A DNA stretch of 64,000 nucleotides from an uncultured virus (IMG/VR IMGVR_UViG_3300031998_000023) (taxonomy: Duplodnaviria > Heunggongvirae > Uroviricota > Caudoviricetes): IMG/VR virus record IMGVR_UViG_3300031998_000023; one strand, given 5' to 3'. Shown in pieces: positions 39,273-49,672 of this stretch. The notes beneath the pieces are model-generated. The model was not told the origin of the DNA. It searched no databases and worked only from the letters and a program-made list of their open reading frames with translations. Position 1 is the first letter of the stretch. Each line of letters starts with the position of its first letter. The position numbers and the translations under genes are program-made.

Positions 39273-40415
39273 ATGGGAATGGGTAAATTAAATAAAGTCG
39301 GATATGAACTTTGTGATATAAATATAATTCAATCAGAGATTTCACATATTGAGCATAGAGGCGAGTGTGATACAATGATTGAAATGTGCGGTAGAAGAGT
39401 ACACCCGGTTGTTGTTGCTCCTATGGCTGCTGTTACAAATGCAGACAATTATAAAGTATGGCTTGACAATAATTTTATTTGTGTTGTACCAAGAACAGTA
39501 CCGTTTGAAAAAAGATTAGAAATTTGTACAGAGACATTTTCTTCATTTTCTCTTGATGAGGCTGAAGAACTATTGAAAAACAAATACTTAGAGATGTTCG
39601 AAGGTAAAACATTCTATGTGTGCGTTGATATTGCTCAAGGCACTATGAAAAGAATGTATGATATATGTAAAAAATTGAAATGGGTACACAGTGGTATTGT
39701 CACCATGGCAGGTAATGTTGCAACTCCACTTGCATATAGATATTATGCAAACAGCAAAATTGACTATATGAGACTTCAAATTGGAAGTGGAAGTAGATGT
39801 ACTACAGCTTGTAATGTTGGTATTCACTATCCAACTGCAACTCTTATTGATGATATTATCATACAAAAAGAGAAATATGTAAACAAATATTATGATTATG
39901 ATGATAGGTATCAAGAAGGTCCATCAGAACCGGTATTTGATACAAAGATAATTGTAGATGGTGGTATTTCAAACTTTGACGATATTCAGAAATGCCTTGC
40001 TCTTGGCGCATTTGCCGTAATGAACGGAAGTTCTTTTGCAAAAGCTGAAGAGGCTTGCGGAGAAGTAAGATACCTTCAAAACGAATGTGAGTCATGGAAA
40101 GATGGTATTAGTTATGAAGAATATAAGCATCTTAGAGAGACTTGTACTTTTGTTTTGGAAAGAAGTCCATATCGTGAGTATTATGGAATGAGTACAAAAA
40201 GGGCTCAGAAAGAATGCGGTAATGTTTGTAGTAAAACATCTGAAGGTGTTGTAAGACCTGTTAAAGTTGAATATCCTATTGCAAAATGGGCCGACAATAT
40301 GAAAAGTTTTCTTGCAAGTGCAATGTCATATTGTGATGCCAAGAACATTGATGAATTTAGAGAAAATACTGAATTAATAATTAATCTTTCTGGTGATAAG
40401 TCTTTTAGGAAATGA
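39273..40415 (+). CDS. IMP dehydrogenase / GMP reductase family protein (no CBS domains)
   Basis: APM, VDIAQG, AGNVAT, IGSGSRCTT, IVDGGI, YYGMS, SEG. Confidence 0.88.
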   Translation: MGMGKLNKVGYELCDINIIQSEISHIEHRGECDTMIEMCGRRVHPVVVAPMAAVTNADNYKVWLDNNFICVVPRTVPFEKRLEICTETFSSFSLDEAEELLKNKYLEMFEGKTFYVCVDIAQGTMKRMYDICKKLKWVHSGIVTMAGNVATPLAYRYYANSKIDYMRLQIGSGSRCTTACNVGIHYPTATLIDDIIIQKEKYVNKYYDYDDRYQEGPSEPVFDTKIIVDGGISNFDDIQKCLALGAFAVMNGSSFAKAEEACGEVRYLQNECESWKDGISYEEYKHLRETCTFVLERSPYREYYGMSTKRAQKECGNVCSKTSEGVVRPVKVEYPIAKWADNMKSFLASAMSYCDAKNIDEFRENTELIINLSGDKSFRK

Positions 40416-40768
40416 AAAAAAAGTACAATTGTTATATAGTAAACAGTGATACGCTAAAAATAATGCGTGATAATGTTGATTTTCAGCGTTGCTATAGGGT
40501 TGAACACCCATGCACGGCAGAAGATTTTGCAAAAGGAATATATTCTAAAACGCTAATCTATTTGTTTGGTGAGCAAAACCTTGCAGAGCATAAAGGAAGT
40601 ATGTATCTTGCTGACATTTGTTTTAAAACAAAAGAAGAGGCTGAAGCCAAGTTGAAAGAAATTATTCTTGGTAAAATCCATGAAAATTTGAATTTGATTG
40701 ATAATGCAAAAAAAGACACAGTAAAACTTTATAAGAAATTAGACAAATTAGTACATGGAAGAAAATAA
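40412..40768 (+). CDS. Hypothetical protein
   Basis: ORF coupled to the upstream gene. Confidence 0.6.
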   Translation: MKKKYNCYIVNSDTLKIMRDNVDFQRCYRVEHPCTAEDFAKGIYSKTLIYLFGEQNLAEHKGSMYLADICFKTKEEAEAKLKEIILGKIHENLNLIDNAKKDTVKLYKKLDKLVHGRK

Positions 40769-41093
40769 GTTAATGAAAAGACCTTGTGAAGAGGTGTTAA
40801 GATTCAAGACCAAGAAATTGTTCTATGGTAGGGATTTGGAAGATTATGTTACAAATTCCATTTACAATGATTGGTGCAGATTCATTTTCCGTCAGAAAGG
40901 CGTGAAGGAAAAGATTGAAAAAGACAAACTATATAAGGTTTGGTTCGAGTACAGCGATGCATCAGACCCAATGGATTCTTCTTGCACGTATTCCATATAT
41001 TATATTGAGGAAACTCCTGAGGAAATACAAACTGCTCTTGAAATGTGGAAAACTAATGAGCAAAAAGTTAAAGACTATTTGCTTGCTGAATAA
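40755..41093 (+). CDS. Hypothetical protein
   Basis: 112 aa ORF. Confidence 0.6.
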   Translation: MEENKLMKRPCEEVLRFKTKKLFYGRDLEDYVTNSIYNDWCRFIFRQKGVKEKIEKDKLYKVWFEYSDASDPMDSSCTYSIYYIEETPEEIQTALEMWKTNEQKVKDYLLAE

Positions 41094-41125
41094 TATTTTT
41101 GTATATTAATTAAAATTTTGTTATT

Positions 41126-41521
41126 ATGGCTTTTGTAAAAATTAAATTGACTGATGAGCATTTGAAACTCATTGAAAACATTAAGTTTGAGAAATTCGTG
41201 TTCGACATGGAAACGAGAAACGGACGTTTTGGTTGGGGTATTGACCAATATAGCCTGTTTGGTGGTAGTTATGCCATGGAAGACATTGCTTTAATCCTTG
41301 GTCATTGGGGTGACTACATCAAAGGTACTGAAGATGACCCGATGGGAAGACGTTATCCTGAAGAAATGGAGAACCATATGTGGGACCTTTACCACTACAT
41401 TTGGGACAACATGGAGTACATATTCAAACTTGTCCTTTATTATAATAATAAAGGTGGATTGACTCCTGGCGAGTACAAGTTTGATACAAATAATGAAACT
41501 TGGGAAAAAATTACTGAATGA
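41126..41521 (+). CDS. Hypothetical protein
   Basis: 131 aa ORF with class I promoter at 41078-41107. Confidence 0.7.
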   Translation: MAFVKIKLTDEHLKLIENIKFEKFVFDMETRNGRFGWGIDQYSLFGGSYAMEDIALILGHWGDYIKGTEDDPMGRRYPEEMENHMWDLYHYIWDNMEYIFKLVLYYNNKGGLTPGEYKFDTNNETWEKITE

Positions 41522-41841
41522 TTATGAAAGAATATTGCGTTTTGACGGGCCAAGAAGTTACCGAAAAAGGTATTGAGCCTGTTTTCAAAAAGATGTGTTT
41601 GAACTGTACTACTTGCATTACGGCAGAAGATAAGTACAGATGTACAAACGAAAAGGTGATGGACCTTAATAAGAAAAAGGTATTGGAAAGTTTACCTGAA
41701 GGATTTGAGGTTGAAAGCATCACTTTGAAGCCGATGGAGTTGAAAGACCCAACTAAGAAATGTAAGAACTATAATCCAAACATGGAACTTATCGAAACGA
41801 AAGTCAAAGAGTTCTTCCTTTCTGAAGAAGCGGCAAAATAA
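41518..41841 (+). CDS. Hypothetical Cys-containing protein
   Basis: CLNC..C motif. Confidence 0.65.
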   Translation: MIMKEYCVLTGQEVTEKGIEPVFKKMCLNCTTCITAEDKYRCTNEKVMDLNKKKVLESLPEGFEVESITLKPMELKDPTKKCKNYNPNMELIETKVKEFFLSEEAAK

Positions 41842-41868
41842 AAAAGAGCGTCTTAATGGCGCTCTTTT
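41841..41868. terminator. Bidirectional terminator
   Basis: AAAAGAGCGTC-TTAAT-GGCGCTCTTTT. Confidence 0.8.
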
Positions 41869-41895
41869 CTTTTAATAAGAAAAACAACATAATTA

Positions 41896-42285
41896 TTATT
41901 TCAATTCATTACCTGAAATCATTGAGAACAGTGTGTTTACTTCAGATGAATCGAATGCATATTCATAACCATCTTGGTTTTTATCATGGTTAAGGCACTT
42001 CATGAATTTACTTCTTGCATTCTTCATATCATTGGTGTCATTACCTTCAACAGGCTCTACACTATATAATTTATAAGCGTATTGAGCTGGGTTTACACCC
42101 GGTTGTTTGAAAAATTCTTCAACTTCTTGCCTTCTTCTGTTATTTCTTTTCTTATCATCACCATTTTCTTCTTCTGAATCATCAGATGCTTCATTGCTCA
42201 TCATTGATAAGTAATCAAGGCTTTCTCTTACTAATTTATATACATAGTTTGCAAGTTGTTGCTCCGTCATTAATCTTTTAGCCAT
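41896..42285 (-). CDS. Hypothetical protein with LxEx-helix N-terminal motif
   Basis: MAKRLMTEQQLANYVYKLVRESL; ACTATTTAT upstream. Confidence 0.65.
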   Translation of the reverse strand: MAKRLMTEQQLANYVYKLVRESLDYLSMMSNEASDDSEEENGDDKKRNNRRRQEVEEFFKQPGVNPAQYAYKLYSVEPVEGNDTNDMKNARSKFMKCLNHDKNQDGYEYAFDSSEVNTLFSMISGNELK

Positions 42286-42387
42286 AAAAATACGTATTTT
42301 TCATATAAATAGTATTATTTTTCGATTAATTTTCAAGTTTGGCATGGTTTTTGATAACGATATGATATAATTTTAAAAACATTAAAT

Positions 42388-42798
42388 ATGTGCTTTTATT
42401 CAACAACCAAAAGATTTAAAATTGCTGACAGAGATATTACATGCTACAAAGTGTTAAGTATTCCTGACAGTTATTTTGAAGGTATTAATGATTCTTTGGT
42501 AACGCCATATACAAATACAATTGTCACCAAAGATATTTGGCAAGGTAAGAGTTTTTTAGTTGCTGATGGTAAAATTGAAGCAAAAAAAATCGAAGAAGGC
42601 TATTTTAACGGACTTTATGAAATAACAAAAGGTGTTATACATACATTTAAATATAGGTTTAATGCCGTTAAAAACTTAGGGGAAGGAAGTATTCTTTTCG
42701 AGTGTGTAATACCAAAAGGAACAAGATATATTGAGGGTGGCGATGGTTATTTTTCTGGTTTTGTATCTGAAAAAATAAAATTTTTAAAAAAAAGTTGA
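42388..42798 (+). CDS. Hypothetical protein, paralogue family A
   Basis: MCFY...DITCYKV...IHTF...CVIPKGTRY..G...FVSEKIK. Confidence 0.7.
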   Translation: MCFYSTTKRFKIADRDITCYKVLSIPDSYFEGINDSLVTPYTNTIVTKDIWQGKSFLVADGKIEAKKIEEGYFNGLYEITKGVIHTFKYRFNAVKNLGEGSILFECVIPKGTRYIEGGDGYFSGFVSEKIKFLKKS

Positions 42799-42870
42799 AA
42801 AAAAATTTGTTTTTTTGATTTTTGATTTGTATATTAGCAACATAATAAGTTTAACTAAAATCTAAGCGAT

Positions 42871-44517
42871 ATGACAAACATGAGTAACGGATTTATTAAG
42901 GCCAATACAATTGGCGCTGGCGCAAATGGCGCACGTACCGAGAACGGTGCAGTTTCTTACGCAACAATCGGAACAGCATTGCTTGACCAATTCGGTAAGG
43001 CAGGTTCATTCCGTGGAAGACCTATGTTGGATGTTTGGGCTGACCAAGCTAAGTTGTGGTCAGAAGACCCTGAGAACGCATTGAAGTTCCCATTCTATCT
43101 TAGAATGATTACCCGTCAATCTAATATCATTGGCGGTGAGAAGACCGAAAAGGTCCAAAAGGGTCAAGGTAATCGTGATGAAGCATTCAAGAGATTGCTT
43201 TGGATTGCCAAGTATCATCCTGACGAATTCTATCGTAACCTTTGGTTGCTTCCAATCGTTGGTTCATGGAAGGATTTGTGGACTCTTCTTTCAATGGAGG
43301 GTGCTGATGAATACTTGAAGGCTGAGAAGTTCTTCGAGGTTATGGCTGAGGGTATCAATGACCCGAACCACAAGGACCTTGTGAAAAAGTACATGCCTCG
43401 TATTCGTTCTGACAAGAAGTGTACAACTTCTTGGGCAAAGTCAACGAACTTGATGGCTAAGTTGTTTGCTAAGACAGCAGGTTGGTCTTATAAGGAGTAC
43501 CGTGAGTTCAAGGCTACCGGCGTTGCTCACAAGTTCCAAACCTATATCTGCAAGGGTCTTTACAGCAACATTGACTGGAAGACAATCCCAGGTAAGGCAT
43601 TGCTTAATTTGGTTAGTGGTAAGTTTTTGAAGGCTCACAACCTTGAGAACGACTACTACGAGTGGTTGAAGAAGCAACCTGTGGCAAAGTTCAATGGCTA
43701 CGTCTATGAACTTGGCCGTAAGTTGAAGGAATGCAACTTCAATCCTAACCTTGTCACGAAGATTACTCTTGACAAGCAGTTTGATGGGTTGATTCAAACA
43801 GCCTCAAAGAACGGTGGTGCAATCCAAGGCAACGTCCTTTGCGCACTTGACACCTCTGGTTCTATGACAGGTTTGGTTGATGCCAAGAACAACCTTTCAG
43901 CATTCGATGTATGCGTCTCACTTGGCGTTTACTTCTCTGAATTGAACCAAGGCGCATTCCACAACGTGGTTGCTATGTTCGACAATGTTTCAACATTGAA
44001 GACCCTTTCAGGTTCATTCACAGACAAGTACACTCAAATCGCAAGAGGTACTACTGCTTGGGGTGGAACTAACTTCCAAAGCCTTATTGACTTGATTGTC
44101 AAGACAAGGAAGAGTTCTCCAAACATTCCTCTTGAGGACTTCCCAAAGACGCTTCTTGTAGTAAGCGACATGCAGTTCAATCCTACTAACAGCTGGGGTG
44201 GCTACAACTCAGCACAGGAAAGAACCAACTACGAGGAAGCCATGAGAAAGCTTCGTACCGTATTCCCTGAAGACTTTGTAAAGGACTTCAAGATTATCTG
44301 GTGGTTCTGCTCTAACGCAAGAACAACTGACTTCCCATCAACGATGGAAGACGGTGGTACATACATGCTCTCAGGCTTTGATGGCGCTGTTGTGAGCTTC
44401 ATCCTTGGTGGCGACTTGCCAGTTAAGGTGGATGAAAAGGGCAACACTGTTCAACCTTCAATGGAAGACATTGTTAATGCCGCACTTAACCAAGAGGTCT
44501 TGGCCTTGGCCAGGTAA
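42871..44517 (+). CDS. DUF2828-like protein with C-terminal vWA (MIDAS) domain (TROVE/Ro-like architecture)
   Basis: RTENGA, G.G.R, GSWKDL, KYMPR, DTSGSM, GGTNFQ, VVSDMQF, SGF. Confidence 0.85.
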   Translation: MTNMSNGFIKANTIGAGANGARTENGAVSYATIGTALLDQFGKAGSFRGRPMLDVWADQAKLWSEDPENALKFPFYLRMITRQSNIIGGEKTEKVQKGQGNRDEAFKRLLWIAKYHPDEFYRNLWLLPIVGSWKDLWTLLSMEGADEYLKAEKFFEVMAEGINDPNHKDLVKKYMPRIRSDKKCTTSWAKSTNLMAKLFAKTAGWSYKEYREFKATGVAHKFQTYICKGLYSNIDWKTIPGKALLNLVSGKFLKAHNLENDYYEWLKKQPVAKFNGYVYELGRKLKECNFNPNLVTKITLDKQFDGLIQTASKNGGAIQGNVLCALDTSGSMTGLVDAKNNLSAFDVCVSLGVYFSELNQGAFHNVVAMFDNVSTLKTLSGSFTDKYTQIARGTTAWGGTNFQSLIDLIVKTRKSSPNIPLEDFPKTLLVVSDMQFNPTNSWGGYNSAQERTNYEEAMRKLRTVFPEDFVKDFKIIWWFCSNARTTDFPSTMEDGGTYMLSGFDGAVVSFILGGDLPVKVDEKGNTVQPSMEDIVNAALNQEVLALAR

Positions 44518-44535
44518 TCACTTGGTGGTGAAGAT

Positions 44536-44572
44536 AAAAGCCCCTGAAGATAAAAATTCGGGGGCTTTTTTT
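44536..44572 (+). terminator. Intrinsic terminator
   Basis: AAAGCCCCTGAA...TTCGGGGGCTTTTTT. Confidence 0.85.
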
Positions 44573-44617
44573 GTTTTTTAACTATAATTTTTGTATTATA
44601 ACATTAAATTGATTAAA

Positions 44618-45301
44618 ATGGGAACAAAGATAAAAACTTGGTTTGTAAGTGACACTCATTTTACACATGCAAATTCATTGTACTTTCATCCTGAGCGCCG
44701 TGAAGCAAGTGGCGTAAGTTTGGAAGAGTTGCAAGCAGATAAGAACGCTGCATTGGAAAAGCATGATGAGTGGCTTATTCAGAAATGGAATGATACTGTT
44801 AGTAAATGCGATAACATATACATTCTTGGTGATTTTTGTCTTGGTAATAAAGAAAAGACTGAAAGAATCCTTCAACGATTGAAAGGTAGGAAATACCTTA
44901 TTAGAGGAAACCATGACAAAAGTTGCAATGGTCTTGAAAGATATTTTGAGTGGGTTGGCGACATAAAAGAAGTGAAGTTCACCAATAATCAATATGATTA
45001 CATTGACCCAAATGAAACATTTTGCGTTGAAATGTGCCATTACCCTTTACTTACTTGGAATAGAAGACCACATGGTACGGTTCATCTTCATGGCCATTGC
45101 CATGGTACTATTGATAATTTCAATACATCGGCAAAAGAACTTCGTGCTGATGTTGGACTTGACGGTAAACTAAGTAATTATGGACTTATTGATTTGGAAA
45201 AAATCTATAAGTATTTTACCGATATTAAGAATAATGCAGGTGTAGCCACATTCAATGAATATAATGAGTGGCTTATGCAACAACAAGGTTTTAGAATGTA
45301 A
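44618..45301 (+). CDS. Calcineurin-like metallophosphoesterase
   Basis: SDTHF, LGDF, GNHD, HYP, HGHCH. Confidence 0.92.
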   Translation: MGTKIKTWFVSDTHFTHANSLYFHPERREASGVSLEELQADKNAALEKHDEWLIQKWNDTVSKCDNIYILGDFCLGNKEKTERILQRLKGRKYLIRGNHDKSCNGLERYFEWVGDIKEVKFTNNQYDYIDPNETFCVEMCHYPLLTWNRRPHGTVHLHGHCHGTIDNFNTSAKELRADVGLDGKLSNYGLIDLEKIYKYFTDIKNNAGVATFNEYNEWLMQQQGFRM

Positions 45302-45678
45302 TGAACATTTATTATTTGGCTTTTAGATGGAAAAGAGATGTAAACGTAGTTAAAGTAACAGCCAATCAATTGGCAAATGAATTGCTTGGTAACACTGATG
45401 ATATAATGGATTTGAAGTGGAATAATGAGCGTGAAGAAGATGAGTTTGGTATTAGTGACCAAGGATTTACACAGCATTTATGGTTTGATGGAAAGGATTA
45501 TGTAATTGAATTTGCAATGGACCCTCACTTCTTTAACATATATGAGTTTGTTAGAGACTCTGAAAACAAAAAAGAATGGTACGGTGAACATATGGTTGCT
45601 GACAATATTCCATGGATTTGCATTAGAATAGAAGATGAAAACGGTAATGAGGTTTATAATTTAAATAACGAGATTTGA
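45301..45678 (+). CDS. Hypothetical protein
   Basis: 125 aa ORF. Confidence 0.65.
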   Translation: MNIYYLAFRWKRDVNVVKVTANQLANELLGNTDDIMDLKWNNEREEDEFGISDQGFTQHLWFDGKDYVIEFAMDPHFFNIYEFVRDSENKKEWYGEHMVADNIPWICIRIEDENGNEVYNLNNEI

Positions 45679-45679
45679 A

Positions 45680-46438
45680 ATGGAAGATAATATTAAATTA
45701 CTTGTAATTGGCGATGTCCATGGGCGTGAGTTTTGGCGTGAGCCTGTAAAAGAAGTTCTGGAAAAAACGGATGCAAAAGTAATCTTTCTTGGTGACTACT
45801 TGGACCCATATCCGTGGGATTTTGACCACAATCACTATAAGGAAACTGCAATTGAAGTGTTTAAGGAGATTATTGACCTCAAGAAAGAATACAATAATCG
45901 TATTACCTTATTAATAGGAAACCACGATTGCGGCTATAGATTTGACCTTAAAATATGTGATTGCCGTACTGATTATCATCATTTTGAAACAATTAGTACT
46001 TTATTCCACGAAAATAAGGATTTGTTCCAATTGGCCGATGAAGCATATATTGGTGACAAGCACTTTATCTTTAGTCACGCAGGTATTCATAAAGGATATA
46101 TTGAATTTGCATTCCCTGACGAATTTGAAACCATCAATGAAAAGAATGTTGTTGACTATTTCAACAATGCATATTTTACAGAGGAACCAAAGGTAATCAA
46201 TTCACTTGGAATGTATGATGTCTATAGAGGATGGGGTGGATATGATTTCGGTTCAATCGTATGGGCCGATTTCCATAGTTGGTTTGGCGTAGATTATGAC
46301 GGATACGGCTATCAAGTGGTTGGTCATACACAACTTCAGCATGGATGTGGAGGAATTATAGAAGAAAATATTGCTGATATTGACTCTGCTGAGCCTTTCA
46401 TTATCAATGAGTTAGGTGAGTTGAAGAAAAAAAATTAA
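45680..46438 (+). CDS. Calcineurin-like metallophosphoesterase
   Basis: GDVHG, LGDYLD, GNHD, SHAG, VGHT. Confidence 0.92.
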   Translation: MEDNIKLLVIGDVHGREFWREPVKEVLEKTDAKVIFLGDYLDPYPWDFDHNHYKETAIEVFKEIIDLKKEYNNRITLLIGNHDCGYRFDLKICDCRTDYHHFETISTLFHENKDLFQLADEAYIGDKHFIFSHAGIHKGYIEFAFPDEFETINEKNVVDYFNNAYFTEEPKVINSLGMYDVYRGWGGYDFGSIVWADFHSWFGVDYDGYGYQVVGHTQLQHGCGGIIEENIADIDSAEPFIINELGELKKKN

Positions 46439-46536
46439 AAAAAATCTCGAAAAAATTTGTTTTTTATTTGGATAGTTTGTATATTCGCTATGTAAACAAA
46501 AACGAAACAACAAGAATTAACTAAAAAGAAAAAATT

Positions 46537-46782
46537 ATGATTTGGATTAGAGTATTTGTACCGCTTATTGTTGGTCTCATGGGAATCTACTACGGAATGT
46601 TGATTCTTCAATGTCTTACCTCTTGGTTTAAAATGACCAACAGAGAAATCACTTTCGGACGCTGCCTTATTCCTTTCTATTATTGGATTGCTCCGACAGA
46701 GGAAAAGAAAAAGGAAACTTTCTCAGACTATGCTGATGAGTATGAGGAACAAATCAAAAAGAATGAAAAAGAAGACAGATAA
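46537..46782 (+). CDS. Small membrane protein
   Basis: Hydrophobic N-terminus; class I promoter upstream. Confidence 0.65.
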   Translation: MIWIRVFVPLIVGLMGIYYGMLILQCLTSWFKMTNREITFGRCLIPFYYWIAPTEEKKKETFSDYADEYEEQIKKNEKEDR

Positions 46783-46868
46783 TCAGTAAAAACTTAAAAA
46801 GTAAACTTAACAACAAAACAAATAAAATTAATCTATTAACTTAACATTAACCTAAATTTTTTAAAATT

Positions 46869-48101
46869 ATGAGTAAAAATTCAGAGAAGGAGCCCATGAG
46901 CATTACTAAGAAGGCCATTACGGGCATTGTAACGATTGTCGTTGCTATCATGTTAATTTTCGTCTGCCGTTCACTGTTTGAAGATGCGGACAAGTCTAAG
47001 AACTACGTTTGTCAGATGCCTATCACCGGTGAGTACCACGTGTGGACCGAGGGTGGTTTGCAGATGCAGTACTTCGGTAACGTAGAGTCCTACAACAAGA
47101 CCTCACAGGTTGAGTTTAGCGGAATTGAAAAGAACGAAGCTGGCTATATTGCCACTGGCGAGAACCCTGCTGCTGCCCTTACTTTTAACGATAAAGGTCG
47201 TGGTATGATTATCGGTTCATTCCGAGTTGTTCTTCCTACTGATGAACAGAATATGATGAAGATTCAGCGTGACTTCGGTTCTGAGAAGGCCCTTATTAAT
47301 AACTTGGTTAGACCTACACTTTATAAGGTTGTTACCGCATGTGGTCCTTTGATGTCATCTTTGGAGTCAGTTTCTGAAAGCCGTACCGACCTTATTGACT
47401 ACATTACCGACCAGTTGAATAGTGGTGTGTACAAGACACGTCCTGTGAAGACTGAGGTTGTCAATGAGATTACAGGTGAAAAGGAAATGCGCACTAAGGC
47501 AGAAATTATCGAAGACCCGAATGCTCCGAGAGGTTATAAGCGTCAAGAGGTATCACCCTTTAGCCAATATGGTATCACTTGCGGTTTGGTGTCAATCACC
47601 GATATTAAATACGATGCCGCAACTCAGGACCAAATTGATGCCCAGAAGCAAGCTAACTTGGCTGTGATTACTTCAAAGACCAAATCAATTGAGGCTATGC
47701 AGAGAACCATTCAGATTGCAGAGGAAGGTAAGGCTGCTACCGAAAAGGCTAAGTGGGAACAAGAGCGTGTGAAGGCTGTTGAGGTCACTAAGGCCGAACA
47801 GGAAAGAGAAGTTGCACGTCTTGCTGCTGAAAAGGCTGAGTTCGATAAAAAGCGTATCATTGCTGAAGGTGAGGCTGAGGCTGCTGCTAACAGGGCTAAG
47901 GTCGCTGCCGGACTTACGCCACAAGAGGCAGCTGAATGGAAATATAAGACTGATAAGGCTGTTGCAGAGGCATTCGCTCAAGTCAAACTTCCTACAATCG
48001 TGATGGGTGGCGGAAACGGCTCAAACGGTGGGGACCTTGGAAACACTGTGGGTATGACGATGCTTTGGCAAATGTATAAGAACATGTCTACTTCGAAGTA
48101 A
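46869..48101 (+). CDS. SPFH/Band 7 (flotillin/prohibitin-like) membrane protein
   Basis: N-terminal TM segment, SPFH-like core, AE-rich coiled coil, AxGEAEA, LTP, P.IVMGG tail. Confidence 0.8.
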   Translation: MSKNSEKEPMSITKKAITGIVTIVVAIMLIFVCRSLFEDADKSKNYVCQMPITGEYHVWTEGGLQMQYFGNVESYNKTSQVEFSGIEKNEAGYIATGENPAAALTFNDKGRGMIIGSFRVVLPTDEQNMMKIQRDFGSEKALINNLVRPTLYKVVTACGPLMSSLESVSESRTDLIDYITDQLNSGVYKTRPVKTEVVNEITGEKEMRTKAEIIEDPNAPRGYKRQEVSPFSQYGITCGLVSITDIKYDAATQDQIDAQKQANLAVITSKTKSIEAMQRTIQIAEEGKAATEKAKWEQERVKAVEVTKAEQEREVARLAAEKAEFDKKRIIAEGEAEAAANRAKVAAGLTPQEAAEWKYKTDKAVAEAFAQVKLPTIVMGGGNGSNGGDLGNTVGMTMLWQMYKNMSTSK

Positions 48102-48123
48102 CATAATCTTATAAGAGAAAAAT

Positions 48124-48159
48124 AATAGTCCGTTGGGTTTTTTAATCTGACGGACTATT
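48124..48159 (+). terminator. Intrinsic terminator overlapping an ACTATTTAT motif
   Basis: ATAGTCCGTT...GACGGACTAT-TTATTT. Confidence 0.65.
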
Positions 48160-48216
48160 TATTTGTTGAGTGCGATGGGAACGTGCTGAATAATGATTAT
48201 AATAATTTTTATTTTT

Positions 48217-48906
48217 ATGGGACCAAAACATAAAACAAAATTCAAAGAAGGTGAAAGAATCAATGATAGTTTTACATTAGTAAAAAATTATTCAAGACCG
48301 ACAACAGAAAAAGGAAAAAACGAGTGGCTATGGGAATGTAAATGTGATTGTGGTAATGTTTTTAGTGTAAGAGAATATAAGATATTAAATAGATACGGAT
48401 GCCATTCATGCACAAATAAAAAAACATCAACAGAAACAGCGTTAAAAAAGAAAGATGGAATACCACATTATGGTCTTAAAAACAGACTTTATAAAGATTA
48501 TAGGGTTGGAGCCGCTAAAAGAGGAATAAATTTTAAACTCACATTTGAAGAATTCGTAAAAATCATGGAATGTGATTGCGCTTATTGTGGGAAAGAACCA
48601 AGTTTACATCAAGGAGAATTGCAATATATGCAAAAAACAATATCACCTTGGCTTCATAATGGAATAGATAGAATAGATTCATCAAAGGATTATGAATTAG
48701 GTAATGTTGTTCCATGTTGTTCGAAATGTAATTATGCAAAACATGAAATGAGTAAAGAAGAATTTTATGAATGGGTTAAAAATGTTTATTCTTTTTTGTT
48801 TTTAGGTGAAAATACAACTAAAAAAGAAACAATTGATTATGGCGCAAAATGTAATGAATTTCCGCAATATAATGCTTATAGAAATAAAAATAATGAACAA
48901 TTATAA
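48217..48906 (+). mobile_element. Free-standing HNH-type homing endonuclease
   Basis: WECKCDCG, CAYCG, NGIDRIDSSKDYELGNVVPCCSKCN. Confidence 0.8.
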
Positions 48907-48958
48907 TTTCTGGCACAGTTTTTGTATATGATATATTGTAACTTTAAAACTATTAAAA

Positions 48959-49636
48959 ATGAAGAAAATTTATTTGATTATTGTTATTATTTTTGTGGCA
49001 ATGAACTGTTTTGGCCAAAATAGAAATTATAGAGATTTCATCGTTCAAGAAGGTAGCACATGGAGTTATAGTATCATTGAAAACTATGATACCGATTTTT
49101 ATAAAGTAAATTTATCACACAATATAGGGAGTAGACTTTATTTTTCTGAACAAGATATTGAGGTTAATAAAATGATTTTCAATATTTGCGCTTATTCATT
49201 TTTTAGAATAGACCTTAAAGCTAATAGTTTAGTCCAATATAAATATTATAAAGCACCTCATAGTGGAACTATACATTATGGGTCTGATTTTTTTGAAATG
49301 GATGAAGTTATACATTTGCAAAATTATGTTATTAAAAACCAAGATACATTAGAAAAGGAATTTGGATTTTTAATTAAACGAATTTATATTGAAAATGAAG
49401 AAGTTTTTGAAGCATTTTCTCATACTATTTCAAATCATATTAAAATTGAAATTGTTGATGAAAATGTAAAAAAAGAAGCAAAGCCACAAAAATATAGAGT
49501 TGTTATTGCAGTAGAATATCCAAGTTGGGAAGAAGAAGCGGAAATGAGGCATAAACAAAATTTAGAAAAAATTGAACAAGAAAAACAAAGAAAGCAAGAA
49601 GAAAAGGCTTTAAGAATGCAAAGCTTAATTTTATAA
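48959..49636 (+). CDS. Secreted/periplasmic protein (signal peptide)
   Basis: MKKIYLIIVIIFVAMNCFGQ, Bacteroidota-type SPI with Gln at +1. Confidence 0.7.
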   Translation: MKKIYLIIVIIFVAMNCFGQNRNYRDFIVQEGSTWSYSIIENYDTDFYKVNLSHNIGSRLYFSEQDIEVNKMIFNICAYSFFRIDLKANSLVQYKYYKAPHSGTIHYGSDFFEMDEVIHLQNYVIKNQDTLEKEFGFLIKRIYIENEEVFEAFSHTISNHIKIEIVDENVKKEAKPQKYRVVIAVEYPSWEEEAEMRHKQNLEKIEQEKQRKQEEKALRMQSLIL

Positions 49637-49672
49637 TTTGTTTTTTTAGCACAATTTTTGTATATTCATAAC

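Noticed and set aside
42799..44590. Y RNA-like ncRNA beside the Ro-like vWA gene
   Set aside because: Flanking gaps are short and explained by a promoter and a terminator
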